From Desulfatiglandales bacterium (GTDB lineage Bacteria > Desulfobacterota > DSM-4660 > Desulfatiglandales > Desulfatiglandaceae), in contig OY759599.1 of the NCBI GenBank assembly GCA_963662465.1, forward strand, positions 786,946-810,945: 24,000 bases of DNA, written 5' to 3'. The position numbers and the translations under genes were made by a program. This document shows, in pieces, positions 15,826 to 24,000 of this stretch (positions are counted from its first letter, which is position 1; each line of letters begins with the position of its first letter). The notes under the pieces are model-generated. The model had not been told where the DNA came from. It did not search any database and saw only the letters and a list, made by a program, of their open reading frames with translations.

Positions 15826-18800
15826 TTATTGAACAATCTCGTATTTTTCTTCCCGGCCGAGTTTTTCCAGAAGTTGGTTGACTTCTTCCTTCAGACCGAT
15901 CATTTTTATCTCCCTGCCCACCACCAGTCGGTTGAACTGTTCCAGCTCTTCCAGCCTCTCCTTCAGTTCCTGTTCGGCCTTCTTCAGTTCCGAGATATCG
16001 ATAAAGCTTTCCAGAAGATGTGTTTTCCCACTCAGTTTCACCCGCGTCACGGTTTTGAGTATCGGTATTTCCTGACCCGCGGCGGTAAGAAGAACCCGTT
16101 CGGCATTTTCAATTTCCTGCTCACTGTCCAGTACGGGACAGTCATTCACTGCCTTGGGACAAACAAACTCATGACAAATGTGGCCGATGATTTCCGTGCC
16201 GGGCAACCCGATCATTTGGGCCGCCAAGGGATTTACGTCAACGATGGTACGGTTTTCGGGATCAATGATGATCACACCGGTGTTGATGGCATTTAAAATC
16301 GTCTGGACACGCTGTTCGCTCTCTTTAACCGCCTTTTCCGCCTGCTTCTTTTCCGTTTCGTCTTTTGAAAAAACCGCAATAACCCAGCGATTCTCCAATT
16401 GCGTCAAAACAATTGAAAGCATAACATTCAGAATACGCCCGTCTTTTGTTTTGTGGAGGCCTTCGGTCTCAACGTGGGAATGGGTCTGAAGGACCTCCAT
16501 CAAGCCGGTAAATTTTTCTTCATTGAATTCCATATCGATCTGGGGCACATGCATGCTCATGAGCTCCTCCCGGGTGTAACCCAGTGAACTGCACGCCGCT
16601 TCATTGGCATAGATAAACATACCGGTCTCGGGATCCACCCAGAAGATCGTGAGAGCCGCTTTGTCCACCGTGGTCTGAGTGAACCGCAGGCGATCTTCCG
16701 ATTGTTTGCGGTCGCTAATATCCGTGACCATGGCAAAAGCGCCGATCCTTTCATTGTTTTCGTCATAGAGCGGCGAAACATTGTAAAGACAATTGACCTG
16801 GCTACCGTCGGGCCTGGAAAGGGCGATTTCATAGGCACTGGTAATGCCCTGTTTTCGAAGCTCAATCTGTTCCAGAAATATTTTCTTGTTCTCTTCGTCC
16901 ACAAAATCAAAGATGGTTTTGCCGATCACCTCATCTTTCTCCCTCCCCATAATATGGCACATGGCGGGGTTCTGATCGACAATTTCCTGACTGGCATTGA
17001 CCAATTGGAAACCTTCAGCGGCTGTTTCCAGAATCGTTTTGAGCTTTTTCTCACTTTCTTTCATGGCATCTTCCGCAATTTTGCGGTCAGTAAAGTCGCG
17101 CAGGCTTTCGATGGCGCCTACCGGTTTCCCGCTGGTGTCATAAAGAATGGCCGCAATACCGGAAAGGTAAGTGCCACCATCGCCCATGTGGGGATGGAAA
17201 GATTCCGACACAAGACAATTCCCTTCCTTCTTTACGCTCAGGTATTTTTTCCCCAGTTCCTCATCCCATTGTTTTACCAAATCCACCAGAATCGGGCGGC
17301 GGTCACCATAGAATGGCAAGGCGTATTCATAATCCCCTTTACCCACGATGTTTCCCTTCTTTACGCCGGTAAGTTTCTCCATGGCGCGATTCCAAAACTG
17401 CACTTTGCCCTCAACATCGATTGCAAGAATGGGATCCGGCAGAAAGTCAATGAGATCGGCCATGCGTTGTTCAGAATCTTTTATGGCCTCCTCAGCCTTC
17501 TTGCGCTCGGTGATGTCTCGCACCGTGCCAACCGCAAACCATTCTTCATCTACCTGGAAGGATGACAGCGTTACCTCAACCGGGAATTCATCGCCCTTTC
17601 GGTTGCGGGCGTTAATCTCGGTGGTGGTTCCCAGGACAGGGCCTTCCCCATTTTCGGCAAAATGTTTCAGCCCGGCGTAGATTTTCTCATGGTACACTTC
17701 GGGCGCGGCCATCTGGTGAAAATCCATCCCCATGGCCTCGGCTTCGGTGTAGCCGAAAAGCTTCTCCGCCGCGGGATTCCAGAACAGCACTTTCCCCTGT
17801 CCATCGATCATCACCAGTGCATCTTCCGCAGCTTGGCTCATGGCCTTGATTTTGCGCTCGCTTCTGATATGATCCAGTTCCGCCAGTTTCCGGCTTGTAA
17901 TATCCAGTATTAATCCGTTATAAATGAGATCCCCTTCAGCGTTACGACTGGGAGAGGCATTGAGGCGGATCCATTTGACAGCGCCTTCTTTGGAAATTAT
18001 ACGGCCCACATGATTCATGTCCGCTTCAGCCAAGAGGTCCGTTTGGACCTCTTTCTTGACCCTCTCAAAATCCTCCGGATGCCATGGAAGGCGCTCTTTC
18101 CCCCTCATCACCTGCTCCACCGGCATTCCGAAAAAGGCTTCGGCCTTTGGACTCAGGTACAGGTATTCGGGCCTGCCGTCGGCGTCAAACCGGATCTGAA
18201 TGATGGCCCCTGGTGTGGTTGCGGCAATGGTCTGGAAACGCTCCTCGGCACGCTTGCGTTGGACCATCTCCCTGGCCATGCGCCGGTTCCAGATGATGAT
18301 GATGGTCAAAATCAATCCGATAACCATGGCAACGGCAATCCCCATTTTGATCAAGAAAGCCCAGTCGGTGCGTTGGGCGAAGCGCACGTTAATCCAGCGG
18401 TTGGCGATATTTCGCTTCTCTTCTTCAGGTATGGAATTGAGGGCCTTGTCAAGGATGGTTGCCAGTTGTGGCCAGTCCTTGCGCACGCCAAAACGCAGGC
18501 TTGAACTGTAACCTGTCGAGGCGGCCACCTTGAGATCCGCAAGACCCAATTTGCTAATGGCATATACAATCGAAGCCGAGTTATCCACATAGGCCGCGGC
18601 TTGTCCTTCGGCTACCGCCTTAAGGCCCTGTTCGATATCGTCTACCAATACCAGCTTCATTTCAGGGAAATCCTGTTCCAGCATCTCCTGCACAAAATAC
18701 CCTTTGACCACCGCCACTTGGGCGTCTTTCAAACTTTTCATTTCAGCAATGAACGGTGCGTCTTTCCGGGTAACGGCAACGGTCTGAAAATCCAGATAGG

Positions 18801-20592
18801 GGCGTGTGAACTGAAGAAATTCCGCGCGCTTCGGCGATTTGGCGACACAAGGCAGAACATCCAGTTCCCCGGCTTTCACGGCATCCATGACGCCATGCCA
18901 ACTCAAACTCTTCACCGGCGTCATCTCCACATTCAGTTTCTCACTCATGAGGAACACGTAGCTGGAGGAAATCCCTTCGTACTCCCCTCCGGCACTGACG
19001 CCCTCAAAAGGCATGAAATTGGGATCCACGCCCAGGCGGATATGAGGATGTTTTTTGAGCCACTCCTTTTCCTCGAAGGTCAGCACCATGGGGCGGGCTT
19101 TTCCGGAATACTGGCGCAAGTCGGGATTTGAAACCCAGCGCCCTTCGACATCCCGTATTTCCTTTTCCGTAATTTCGTCAAAACCACTGTTTATGGATTT
19201 AAGTCGGAACCCATCTTCCTTTAAAACAGCGGCAAAAAGATTTCGAATCGGGGTGGTTTCCCTGGAAACCCGAATCTCCCCCTGCAATCCCATGTCTTCA
19301 ATAGCCCGCTGCAATGTAATCCCAACATCATATATGGCGATGACATCACCGTCCTGCAGGCCGGTAAGGAGTTCTGGGTATCCCTCATAAGGGATGCGAA
19401 CAATTTCCGGATACTGCTCACGAAGCTGACTCTCCTCCCCCGACCCGGCAATCACACCGACGCGAGCGCCGGAGAGTTCAGCAAGCATCATGGGTTTCCT
19501 GCTTGTTTTAAAGGCCAGGCTGTCCTGCACGTCAAAGATGGGGACTGAGAAGGAAAGAAACGTTTCGCGTTTCGGGGTTTTGTACAGACCCGAGTGAAAA
19601 TCGGCTCTTCCATCTTTGACCATCTGAAGTGTTTCTTCCCAGTCTCCGAAAACAAACTCGATTTTACGAAAGTTCTTTGAGGACCACAAACGCCAGAGAT
19701 CCACCAGGATTCCCGCAGCCTTGCCCGAAGGGGTCAGCATGGTAAAGGGCGGGTAGTACCGATCGCAGGCAATGGTTAATACCCCTTTGGGTTTGATTAT
19801 TTTTGAACCGATCCAGCGCCGTTCGATCTGCACCTTTTCTTCCGGGGAGATCTTGTCAAAACATGACTTTATGACAGGCGGCAAAACCGTATCGCCTTTT
19901 TTTACCGCGGCCTGAAAGGCATTGGTATAAAGAGGCTTGTCCGAAAAATAACGAAAGTTTGAAAGGAGTTGTATTTTCTTGAGGAAGTAAAGGCCGACGG
20001 GGGTATCTATGACGAATACCCGGATTTCCCCCTTTTTAACGGCCTTGAACAGATCTCCATTGTTGACATATTCGGCGAGAGCGGCCCCGGGCAGATTAGT
20101 GCGCAGATAGTCCACTGCAAAATCTCCCTTGATGACGCCGATGCGAAACCCCAGCAGATCTTTCAGGGTTTTAATGCCATAAATGTCTTTGTGGAAAAAG
20201 AAATGGGTATCCGCTTTGATGAGGGGGGCAACATAGTCCAGGTAGGTTGCTCTTTGCTCCGAATAGAAACAGCCGCCCTGAACGTCCACTTTCCCCTCTT
20301 TGGTGAGCTTCAGGGTTTCACCAAAAGGCGCCAGGACGAAGTTGATCTTGATACCGCTTTTTTGGGACCACAACTGCCAGAGATCCACCAGCCACCCGTC
20401 AGCGACCCCTTTCGCGTCTCGGAAATAGAACGGGGCAGTGTCCTGTGCCACCGCCACAGTGATTTCTTTGATATCTTGAGAGCCTTCCTTTGCCGCAGCC
20501 ACAATCGGCATGCCTAAAACAGTCAGAAAAAATCCCAGACAAAACAACCAGGACCCGAAAACTCCGGCAATGCTCCTTTTAAAACACGGCAT
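15826..20592 (-). CDS. 1588-aa membrane sensor: signal-anchor, 3 periplasmic family-3 solute-binding domains, TM helix, about 6 PAS domains, terminal coiled coil; no recognisable output domain
   Basis: ATG 20592 has an AAGGGG SD; the track's TTG at 20616 is less likely. Three SBP_bac_3-like repeats begin at ITVAVAQDTAPFYF, LTIACDRYYPPFTM and IRLGVDPNFMPFEG. The TM helix is WAFLIKMGIAVAMVIGLILTIIIIW (about nt 18290-18365). Repeated PAS cores are each followed by DIT(E/S/D)RK linkers. The protein ends in ELKERLEELEQFNRLVVGREIKMIGLKEEVNQLLEKLG with no H-box, GHKL, GGDEF, EAL, HD or MCP motifs. Confidence 0.88.
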   Translation of the reverse strand: MPCFKRSIAGVFGSWLFCLGFFLTVLGMPIVAAAKEGSQDIKEITVAVAQDTAPFYFRDAKGVADGWLVDLWQLWSQKSGIKINFVLAPFGETLKLTKEGKVDVQGGCFYSEQRATYLDYVAPLIKADTHFFFHKDIYGIKTLKDLLGFRIGVIKGDFAVDYLRTNLPGAALAEYVNNGDLFKAVKKGEIRVFVIDTPVGLYFLKKIQLLSNFRYFSDKPLYTNAFQAAVKKGDTVLPPVIKSCFDKISPEEKVQIERRWIGSKIIKPKGVLTIACDRYYPPFTMLTPSGKAAGILVDLWRLWSSKNFRKIEFVFGDWEETLQMVKDGRADFHSGLYKTPKRETFLSFSVPIFDVQDSLAFKTSRKPMMLAELSGARVGVIAGSGEESQLREQYPEIVRIPYEGYPELLTGLQDGDVIAIYDVGITLQRAIEDMGLQGEIRVSRETTPIRNLFAAVLKEDGFRLKSINSGFDEITEKEIRDVEGRWVSNPDLRQYSGKARPMVLTFEEKEWLKKHPHIRLGVDPNFMPFEGVSAGGEYEGISSSYVFLMSEKLNVEMTPVKSLSWHGVMDAVKAGELDVLPCVAKSPKRAEFLQFTRPYLDFQTVAVTRKDAPFIAEMKSLKDAQVAVVKGYFVQEMLEQDFPEMKLVLVDDIEQGLKAVAEGQAAAYVDNSASIVYAISKLGLADLKVAASTGYSSSLRFGVRKDWPQLATILDKALNSIPEEEKRNIANRWINVRFAQRTDWAFLIKMGIAVAMVIGLILTIIIIWNRRMAREMVQRKRAEERFQTIAATTPGAIIQIRFDADGRPEYLYLSPKAEAFFGMPVEQVMRGKERLPWHPEDFERVKKEVQTDLLAEADMNHVGRIISKEGAVKWIRLNASPSRNAEGDLIYNGLILDITSRKLAELDHIRSERKIKAMSQAAEDALVMIDGQGKVLFWNPAAEKLFGYTEAEAMGMDFHQMAAPEVYHEKIYAGLKHFAENGEGPVLGTTTEINARNRKGDEFPVEVTLSSFQVDEEWFAVGTVRDITERKKAEEAIKDSEQRMADLIDFLPDPILAIDVEGKVQFWNRAMEKLTGVKKGNIVGKGDYEYALPFYGDRRPILVDLVKQWDEELGKKYLSVKKEGNCLVSESFHPHMGDGGTYLSGIAAILYDTSGKPVGAIESLRDFTDRKIAEDAMKESEKKLKTILETAAEGFQLVNASQEIVDQNPAMCHIMGREKDEVIGKTIFDFVDEENKKIFLEQIELRKQGITSAYEIALSRPDGSQVNCLYNVSPLYDENNERIGAFAMVTDISDRKQSEDRLRFTQTTVDKAALTIFWVDPETGMFIYANEAACSSLGYTREELMSMHVPQIDMEFNEEKFTGLMEVLQTHSHVETEGLHKTKDGRILNVMLSIVLTQLENRWVIAVFSKDETEKKQAEKAVKESEQRVQTILNAINTGVIIIDPENRTIVDVNPLAAQMIGLPGTEIIGHICHEFVCPKAVNDCPVLDSEQEIENAERVLLTAAGQEIPILKTVTRVKLSGKTHLLESFIDISELKKAEQELKERLEELEQFNRLVVGREIKMIGLKEEVNQLLEKLGREEKYEIVQ

Positions 20593-20675
20593 TTGCGTTA
20601 CCCCTTGTAATTTCAATGTTTTTTTCTAAATATCCTCTGGGAAACATGAACTTTAAAACATTCTCATTCCCCTGT

Positions 20676-23033
20676 TTATTCCTTTAATTTTTTCTGAAGA
20701 CCTTCCACCAGGGGCAGAGCCTCTTTAAATTTGTATTTGTTGATGAACCTTTCCAGATCTGCCATCTCCACGCCTACCGCCGCCGGCCAGGGCACCTTTT
20801 TGATCTCCGCCATGGCCTCCTTGCACGGTTTCGGCTTACGGGTTTTCAGATGGGGAATCAATTCTTCCAGGGCGGCTGCAAGCGCTTCAGGATCGACTTC
20901 CCCCCCAGCCTTTTGGGCCATATCGGCCGGTTTGGGTTCCTCGCCCAAAACCCCGAGCGCTGCCACAACATCTTTCAACACACCTCCGAAAGCGGAAATC
21001 CGTTCATCATCGGTATCGGAAAGCCCTGCTTTGATGGCGGACTCCAGCGCCGCTGCCGCCGCCTGTAACGGCCCCGCCCCCACGTTGCCGGCCACCCCTT
21101 TGATGCTGTGGGCCAGACGTTCCGCTGCTTCCCCTTTTTCGGCCTTCAGCAGATCTTTGAGTTCCTGTTCGGTATCGGCATAGTCATCCCGAAGCTTTAT
21201 GAGCAGTTTGCGGTAAAGCTTTTTATTTCCGCCCACGCGCATAACCCCTTCCTTGATATTGATGCCGTTTACGACATCCGGAAGATGATCTTCAGCCACG
21301 GCGGCGGAAGGTTCAACAGCCGGTAAAGGGATATCAGTCCTGGGTTCGAATCCCCGCACACCCGGTTTGATCCACTGGGCCAGGCAGGAGAACAGCTGGT
21401 TCAGATCGATGGGTTTGGCTACGTGGTCGTTCATGCCGGCATCAACCGCCTTTTCACGGTCTCCCGCCATGGCGTTGGCCGTCATGGCGATGATGGGAAT
21501 GGGGATTGCGGATTGCGGATTGCGGATTTTCTCTTCCCCTTCCCATTTGCGGATTTCGCCGGTAGCCGTGTACCCGTCCATGACCGGCATCTGAATATCC
21601 ATTAAGACCGCATGGTAGTTGTTGTCCGCCTGCACCGCTTCCAAAGCTTGCTTTCCGTTACTAACGGTAGTGACCCTGAGGCCTGACCCACCAAGAATTT
21701 CCTCGGCCACCTGCTGGTTGATTTCGTTGTCTTCCGCCAGCAGCACGTGGGCGCCTCTGATTTTTTCCGCTCCTTCCGGTTCACTCGAATGTTTCCTGCC
21801 GCGTCTTTTGGAAGCATCCAGTTTGCCAAAGGCGGCCATGGTGGCGTCCAGCAGCGTCGAAGGGGTGAGCGGTTTGATGAGGAAACCGTCCAGTCCCATT
21901 TGATCGGCCCGGGTCATGATCTCTTCCCGGCCAAAGGCGGTCACCATGATGATTTTGGGAATCTTGGCAAGGCCTGCATGGTTCCTGATTTTTTCAGACA
22001 CCGTAAACCCGTCCATTCCGGGCATTTTCCAATCCATAAGCACCAGTTCAAAGGGATCTTCCTTATCTGCTTTTTCCAGTTCCCTGAGCCCTTCTTCCCC
22101 ACCGGGGACAAGGGTCGCTCTAAAGGACATGGCAGCCAGCATTCCTTCCAGAATGTCGCGGCTGGTTTGGTTGTCGTCCACCACCAGCACTTTGAGGTTC
22201 CTGAGATCCGGGTCGGGCACGAGAGCGGGCTTTTCATCCCCTTTTCCAAGGCCGAAAAGAGCGGTGAAGATGAATTCGCTGCCCACTCCGGGTTCGCTTT
22301 CCACCCAGATCTCTCCCCCCATCATCTCCACCAGCCGCTTGCTGATGGTGAGCCCCAGACCGGTTCCGCCGTATTTCCGGGTGGTGGAGGCATCGGCCTG
22401 GCTGAAGGCCTGAAACAGTTTGCCCCGCTGTTCCTCGGTAAGTCCTATCCCCGTATCCCGGACGCCGAACCGCACCCTTACCTGATCTGGGGGCATCTGA
22501 TCCTTGGTTTTCTCCTCCAGGGTGGCGGAGATGACGATCTCTCCTTTTTCCGTGAATTTGACGGCATTGTTACTGAGGTTCACCAGCACCTGGCCCAGGC
22601 GAAGGGGGTCCCCAAGAAGGTTATTGGGGAGTTTCCGGTCCACCTTCAACAGCAGTTGCAGTTCCTTTTCCTGGGACTTCACACCCACCAGGTTGGCCAC
22701 ATTGTCCAGGGCATCATCCAGCTTGAAATTGATGGTTTCCATGTCCATCTTGCCCGCTTCGATCTTGCTGAAATCTAAGATGTCGTTGATGATGCCCAAG
22801 AGCGCCTTGGCGCTGGACTGTATTTTCACCAGGTAGTCTTGCTGCTTGGGGTTCAACTCCGTTTTTAGGGCCAGGTGGCTCATGCCGATGACGGCGTTCA
22901 TGGGGGTCCGGATCTCGTGGCTCATGTTGGCCAGAAAATCGCTTTTGGCCTTGGTGGCCTCTTCGGCTTTCTGTTTCTCCTCGTCCAGGTCCTGCATCAT
23001 GTTCAGCATGGCACGCCTCGCATCCGCCAACTT
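20676..23033 (-). repeat. Paralogous ~2.35 kb kinase core (copy 2, HK2)
   Basis: See copy 1. The two copies are in direct orientation, about 10 kb apart, and flank the mega-sensor and the stressosome genes. Confidence 0.85.
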
Positions 23034-23468
23034 TTCAATCTGAGCCTGCATGGAATCCTCGGACTCCCTGCTTTTGGCGAAAGCGGCTTCCAACTGCTCG
23101 GCCATACTGTTAAAGGCCTCTGAAAAATCCCCCATGAAATCGACCTTGTGACTGAAATCCCCTTTGGCGATCTGCTGAGTGGTCCAGGTCAGGTGGCGCA
23201 GACTTCCCTGGAGGTTTTTCAGGTTACCCATCAGGGCGCTGTTGCTTCGAGGCGGTTGGTATTCGACATCGCCGCCGGACAGTGCCTGGGCCAGATCGGC
23301 AGTGGCGGCGTAATCCGTGAGGAATTTGTTGATGTAGCCAACCGCCTGCCGAATCTCGTTGTCAGGAAAATCGTCGGGCAAAAGGATAGGGCCGGGCTTC
23401 TTACCTTTCATGATCAGATAGAAGACCTCACTGATCTTGTCAATGATCTCTTCCTTGACTTCCAGCAT
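20676..23468 (-). CDS. Cytoplasmic hybrid histidine kinase HK2: HAMP-like N-terminal region, coiled coil, HisKA, HATPase_c, REC, REC, Hpt (paralogue of HK1)
   Basis: H-box is [24 protein letters not shown] and the G-box and Hpt motifs are the same as in HK1. The N-terminal 150 aa are unrelated to HK1 and contain the HAMP-like segment [28 protein letters not shown]. The start is placed at ATG 23468 (MLEVKEE), 4 nt after the upstream V4R gene stop; the track start at 23513 would overlap that gene. Confidence 0.92.
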   Translation of the reverse strand: MLEVKEEIIDKISEVFYLIMKGKKPGPILLPDDFPDNEIRQAVGYINKFLTDYAATADLAQALSGGDVEYQPPRSNSALMGNLKNLQGSLRHLTWTTQQIAKGDFSHKVDFMGDFSEAFNSMAEQLEAAFAKSRESEDSMQAQIEKLADARRAMLNMMQDLDEEKQKAEEATKAKSDFLANMSHEIRTPMNAVIGMSHLALKTELNPKQQDYLVKIQSSAKALLGIINDILDFSKIEAGKMDMETINFKLDDALDNVANLVGVKSQEKELQLLLKVDRKLPNNLLGDPLRLGQVLVNLSNNAVKFTEKGEIVISATLEEKTKDQMPPDQVRVRFGVRDTGIGLTEEQRGKLFQAFSQADASTTRKYGGTGLGLTISKRLVEMMGGEIWVESEPGVGSEFIFTALFGLGKGDEKPALVPDPDLRNLKVLVVDDNQTSRDILEGMLAAMSFRATLVPGGEEGLRELEKADKEDPFELVLMDWKMPGMDGFTVSEKIRNHAGLAKIPKIIMVTAFGREEIMTRADQMGLDGFLIKPLTPSTLLDATMAAFGKLDASKRRGRKHSSEPEGAEKIRGAHVLLAEDNEINQQVAEEILGGSGLRVTTVSNGKQALEAVQADNNYHAVLMDIQMPVMDGYTATGEIRKWEGEEKIRNPQSAIPIPIIAMTANAMAGDREKAVDAGMNDHVAKPIDLNQLFSCLAQWIKPGVRGFEPRTDIPLPAVEPSAAVAEDHLPDVVNGINIKEGVMRVGGNKKLYRKLLIKLRDDYADTEQELKDLLKAEKGEAAERLAHSIKGVAGNVGAGPLQAAAAALESAIKAGLSDTDDERISAFGGVLKDVVAALGVLGEEPKPADMAQKAGGEVDPEALAAALEELIPHLKTRKPKPCKEAMAEIKKVPWPAAVGVEMADLERFINKYKFKEALPLVEGLQKKLKE
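21503..21528. repeat. Heptanucleotide tandem repeat (GGATTGC) x3.7 inside the HK2 coding sequence
   Basis: GGATTGC occurs at 21503-21509, 21510-21516 and 21517-21523, followed by GGATT. On the coding strand it reads AATCCGC AATCCGC AATCC, encoding IRNPQSAIP within a segment of the second receiver domain that has no counterpart in HK1. Confidence 0.85.
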
Positions 23469-23472
23469 GTAT

Positions 23473-24000
23473 TTATGCCCTCGGCTTGATGTCAAAACGG
23501 CAGACGCGGTCACCGGTGCACCAGCAGTCGATCTCCTTCACATCAAACTCTTTGCCCGTAAATTCCAGGAACAGGCCGTTGATAAACCCCTCATCGTAAG
23601 TACAGATGCTTTCATCAGTGATGGGCAGCCCGGAACAATCCAGATCCTCCGCCACCGTCAGGATAAAGTGCATGTTCTCCATGTCGGCTTTTTCAACGCG
23701 CAGAATACCGATGCTCAAATCGGACAACAGCCTTTGTACCTCTTCAACAAATGCATTGAAGTCAGACTTCTGCGTCACCAGATTCTTGAAAAACTGGCGG
23801 CCCGCGGACTGCCCGGCTTCGTAATAAATGCGGTCGGCGGCCTCGGGGCCATAATGCTTGATCAGTACGTCGCGCAGGGTAAATTGCATGAGGCGGTAGA
23901 CCGCCACGCTCATGGTGTTCCCCAGGTTGGGCCGACCTTCGGCGATATCGCCCAGCATACTCCAATCAAATTGCAGTTCATCCCGCTCTTCCTTAAACAT
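23473..24000 (-). CDS. V4R (4-vinyl reductase) domain protein, putative small-hydrophobic-ligand sensor; the ATG sits exactly at the window edge, so the true start is unverified
   Basis: The C-terminal V4R signature is [39 protein letters not shown]. The N-terminal [25 protein letters not shown] is typical of COG1719-type proteins. At 175 aa it is in the usual size range. Confidence 0.8.
   Translation of the reverse strand: MFKEERDELQFDWSMLGDIAEGRPNLGNTMSVAVYRLMQFTLRDVLIKHYGPEAADRIYYEAGQSAGRQFFKNLVTQKSDFNAFVEEVQRLLSDLSIGILRVEKADMENMHFILTVAEDLDCSGLPITDESICTYDEGFINGLFLEFTGKEFDVKEIDCWCTGDRVCRFDIKPRA

Noticed and set aside
16702-17565. 287-aa plus-strand ORF inside the mega-sensor gene
   Set aside because: It is antisense to well-supported PAS-domain coding sequence and has no motifs. 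The same reasoning applies to 18010..18504, 18601..19131 and 19969..20517.
21747-22778. 343-aa plus-strand ORF, the largest unexplained ORF in the track
   Set aside because: It lies entirely antisense to the HisKA/HATPase/REC region of HK2, which has unambiguous motifs. Its translation is low-complexity (G/H/P/F-rich) with no recognisable motif or RBS. This is a typical shadow ORF of a GC-rich gene.
10621-23468. HK1/HK2 similarity considered as an assembly duplication artefact
   Set aside because: The copies differ by many substitutions and small indels, have unrelated 5' regions and have distinct flanks. They are diverged paralogues, not a collapsed or duplicated assembly segment.
4272-23513. 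Longer N-terminal extensions offered by the ORF track (4272, 4565, 7773, 10620, 13518, 14138, 20616, 23513)
   Set aside because: In each case an internal start has a better SD and/or a stop-start coupling geometry with the upstream gene. The extension would overlap the neighbouring CDS or begins at a non-ATG codon without an RBS.
1-24000. Scan for tRNA, rRNA, CRISPR arrays, integrases, transposases and long terminal inverted repeats
   Set aside because: None were recognised by eye. Island mobility therefore cannot be supported from this window.

Overview
The window has three parts. (1) 1-3783 is the 3' end of a type I BREX phage-defence operon: pglZ, cut by the left window edge, and brxL. 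(2) 3784-8270 is a mosaic accessory stretch, mostly AT-richer by eye. It holds an orphan 3-TM ORF (probably a gene remnant), a short partner gene overlapping an AbiEii/DUF1814 nucleotidyltransferase toxin, a Cys-rich/TPR protein, a secreted type II L-asparaginase on the opposite strand with host-like composition, and an AbrB-type antitoxin with a RelE/ParE-like toxin. (3) 8279-24000 is an uninterrupted minus-strand array of ten signalling genes with short gaps or overlapping stop/start codons. In order these are a V4R protein, hybrid histidine kinase HK2, a 1588-aa membrane sensor (3 periplasmic solute-binding domains, about 6 PAS) with no output domain, a stressosome module (PAS-RsbR, RsbS, RsbT, RsbX), hybrid kinase HK1, and two response regulators. 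The regulators share near-identical receiver domains; one carries an intact HD-GYP domain and the other a degenerate one. No sigma factor, RsbU/V/W or DNA-binding regulator is visible, so the apparent output is c-di-GMP turnover. This composite stressosome/phosphorelay array is my best candidate for a system not yet described as such. The post-brxL cargo is the second candidate. I saw no tRNA, rRNA, CRISPR array, transposase or integrase. All domain calls come from motifs read by eye in the supplied translations; no database search was possible. The taxonomic impression (anaerobic Desulfobacterota-like) is inference only.
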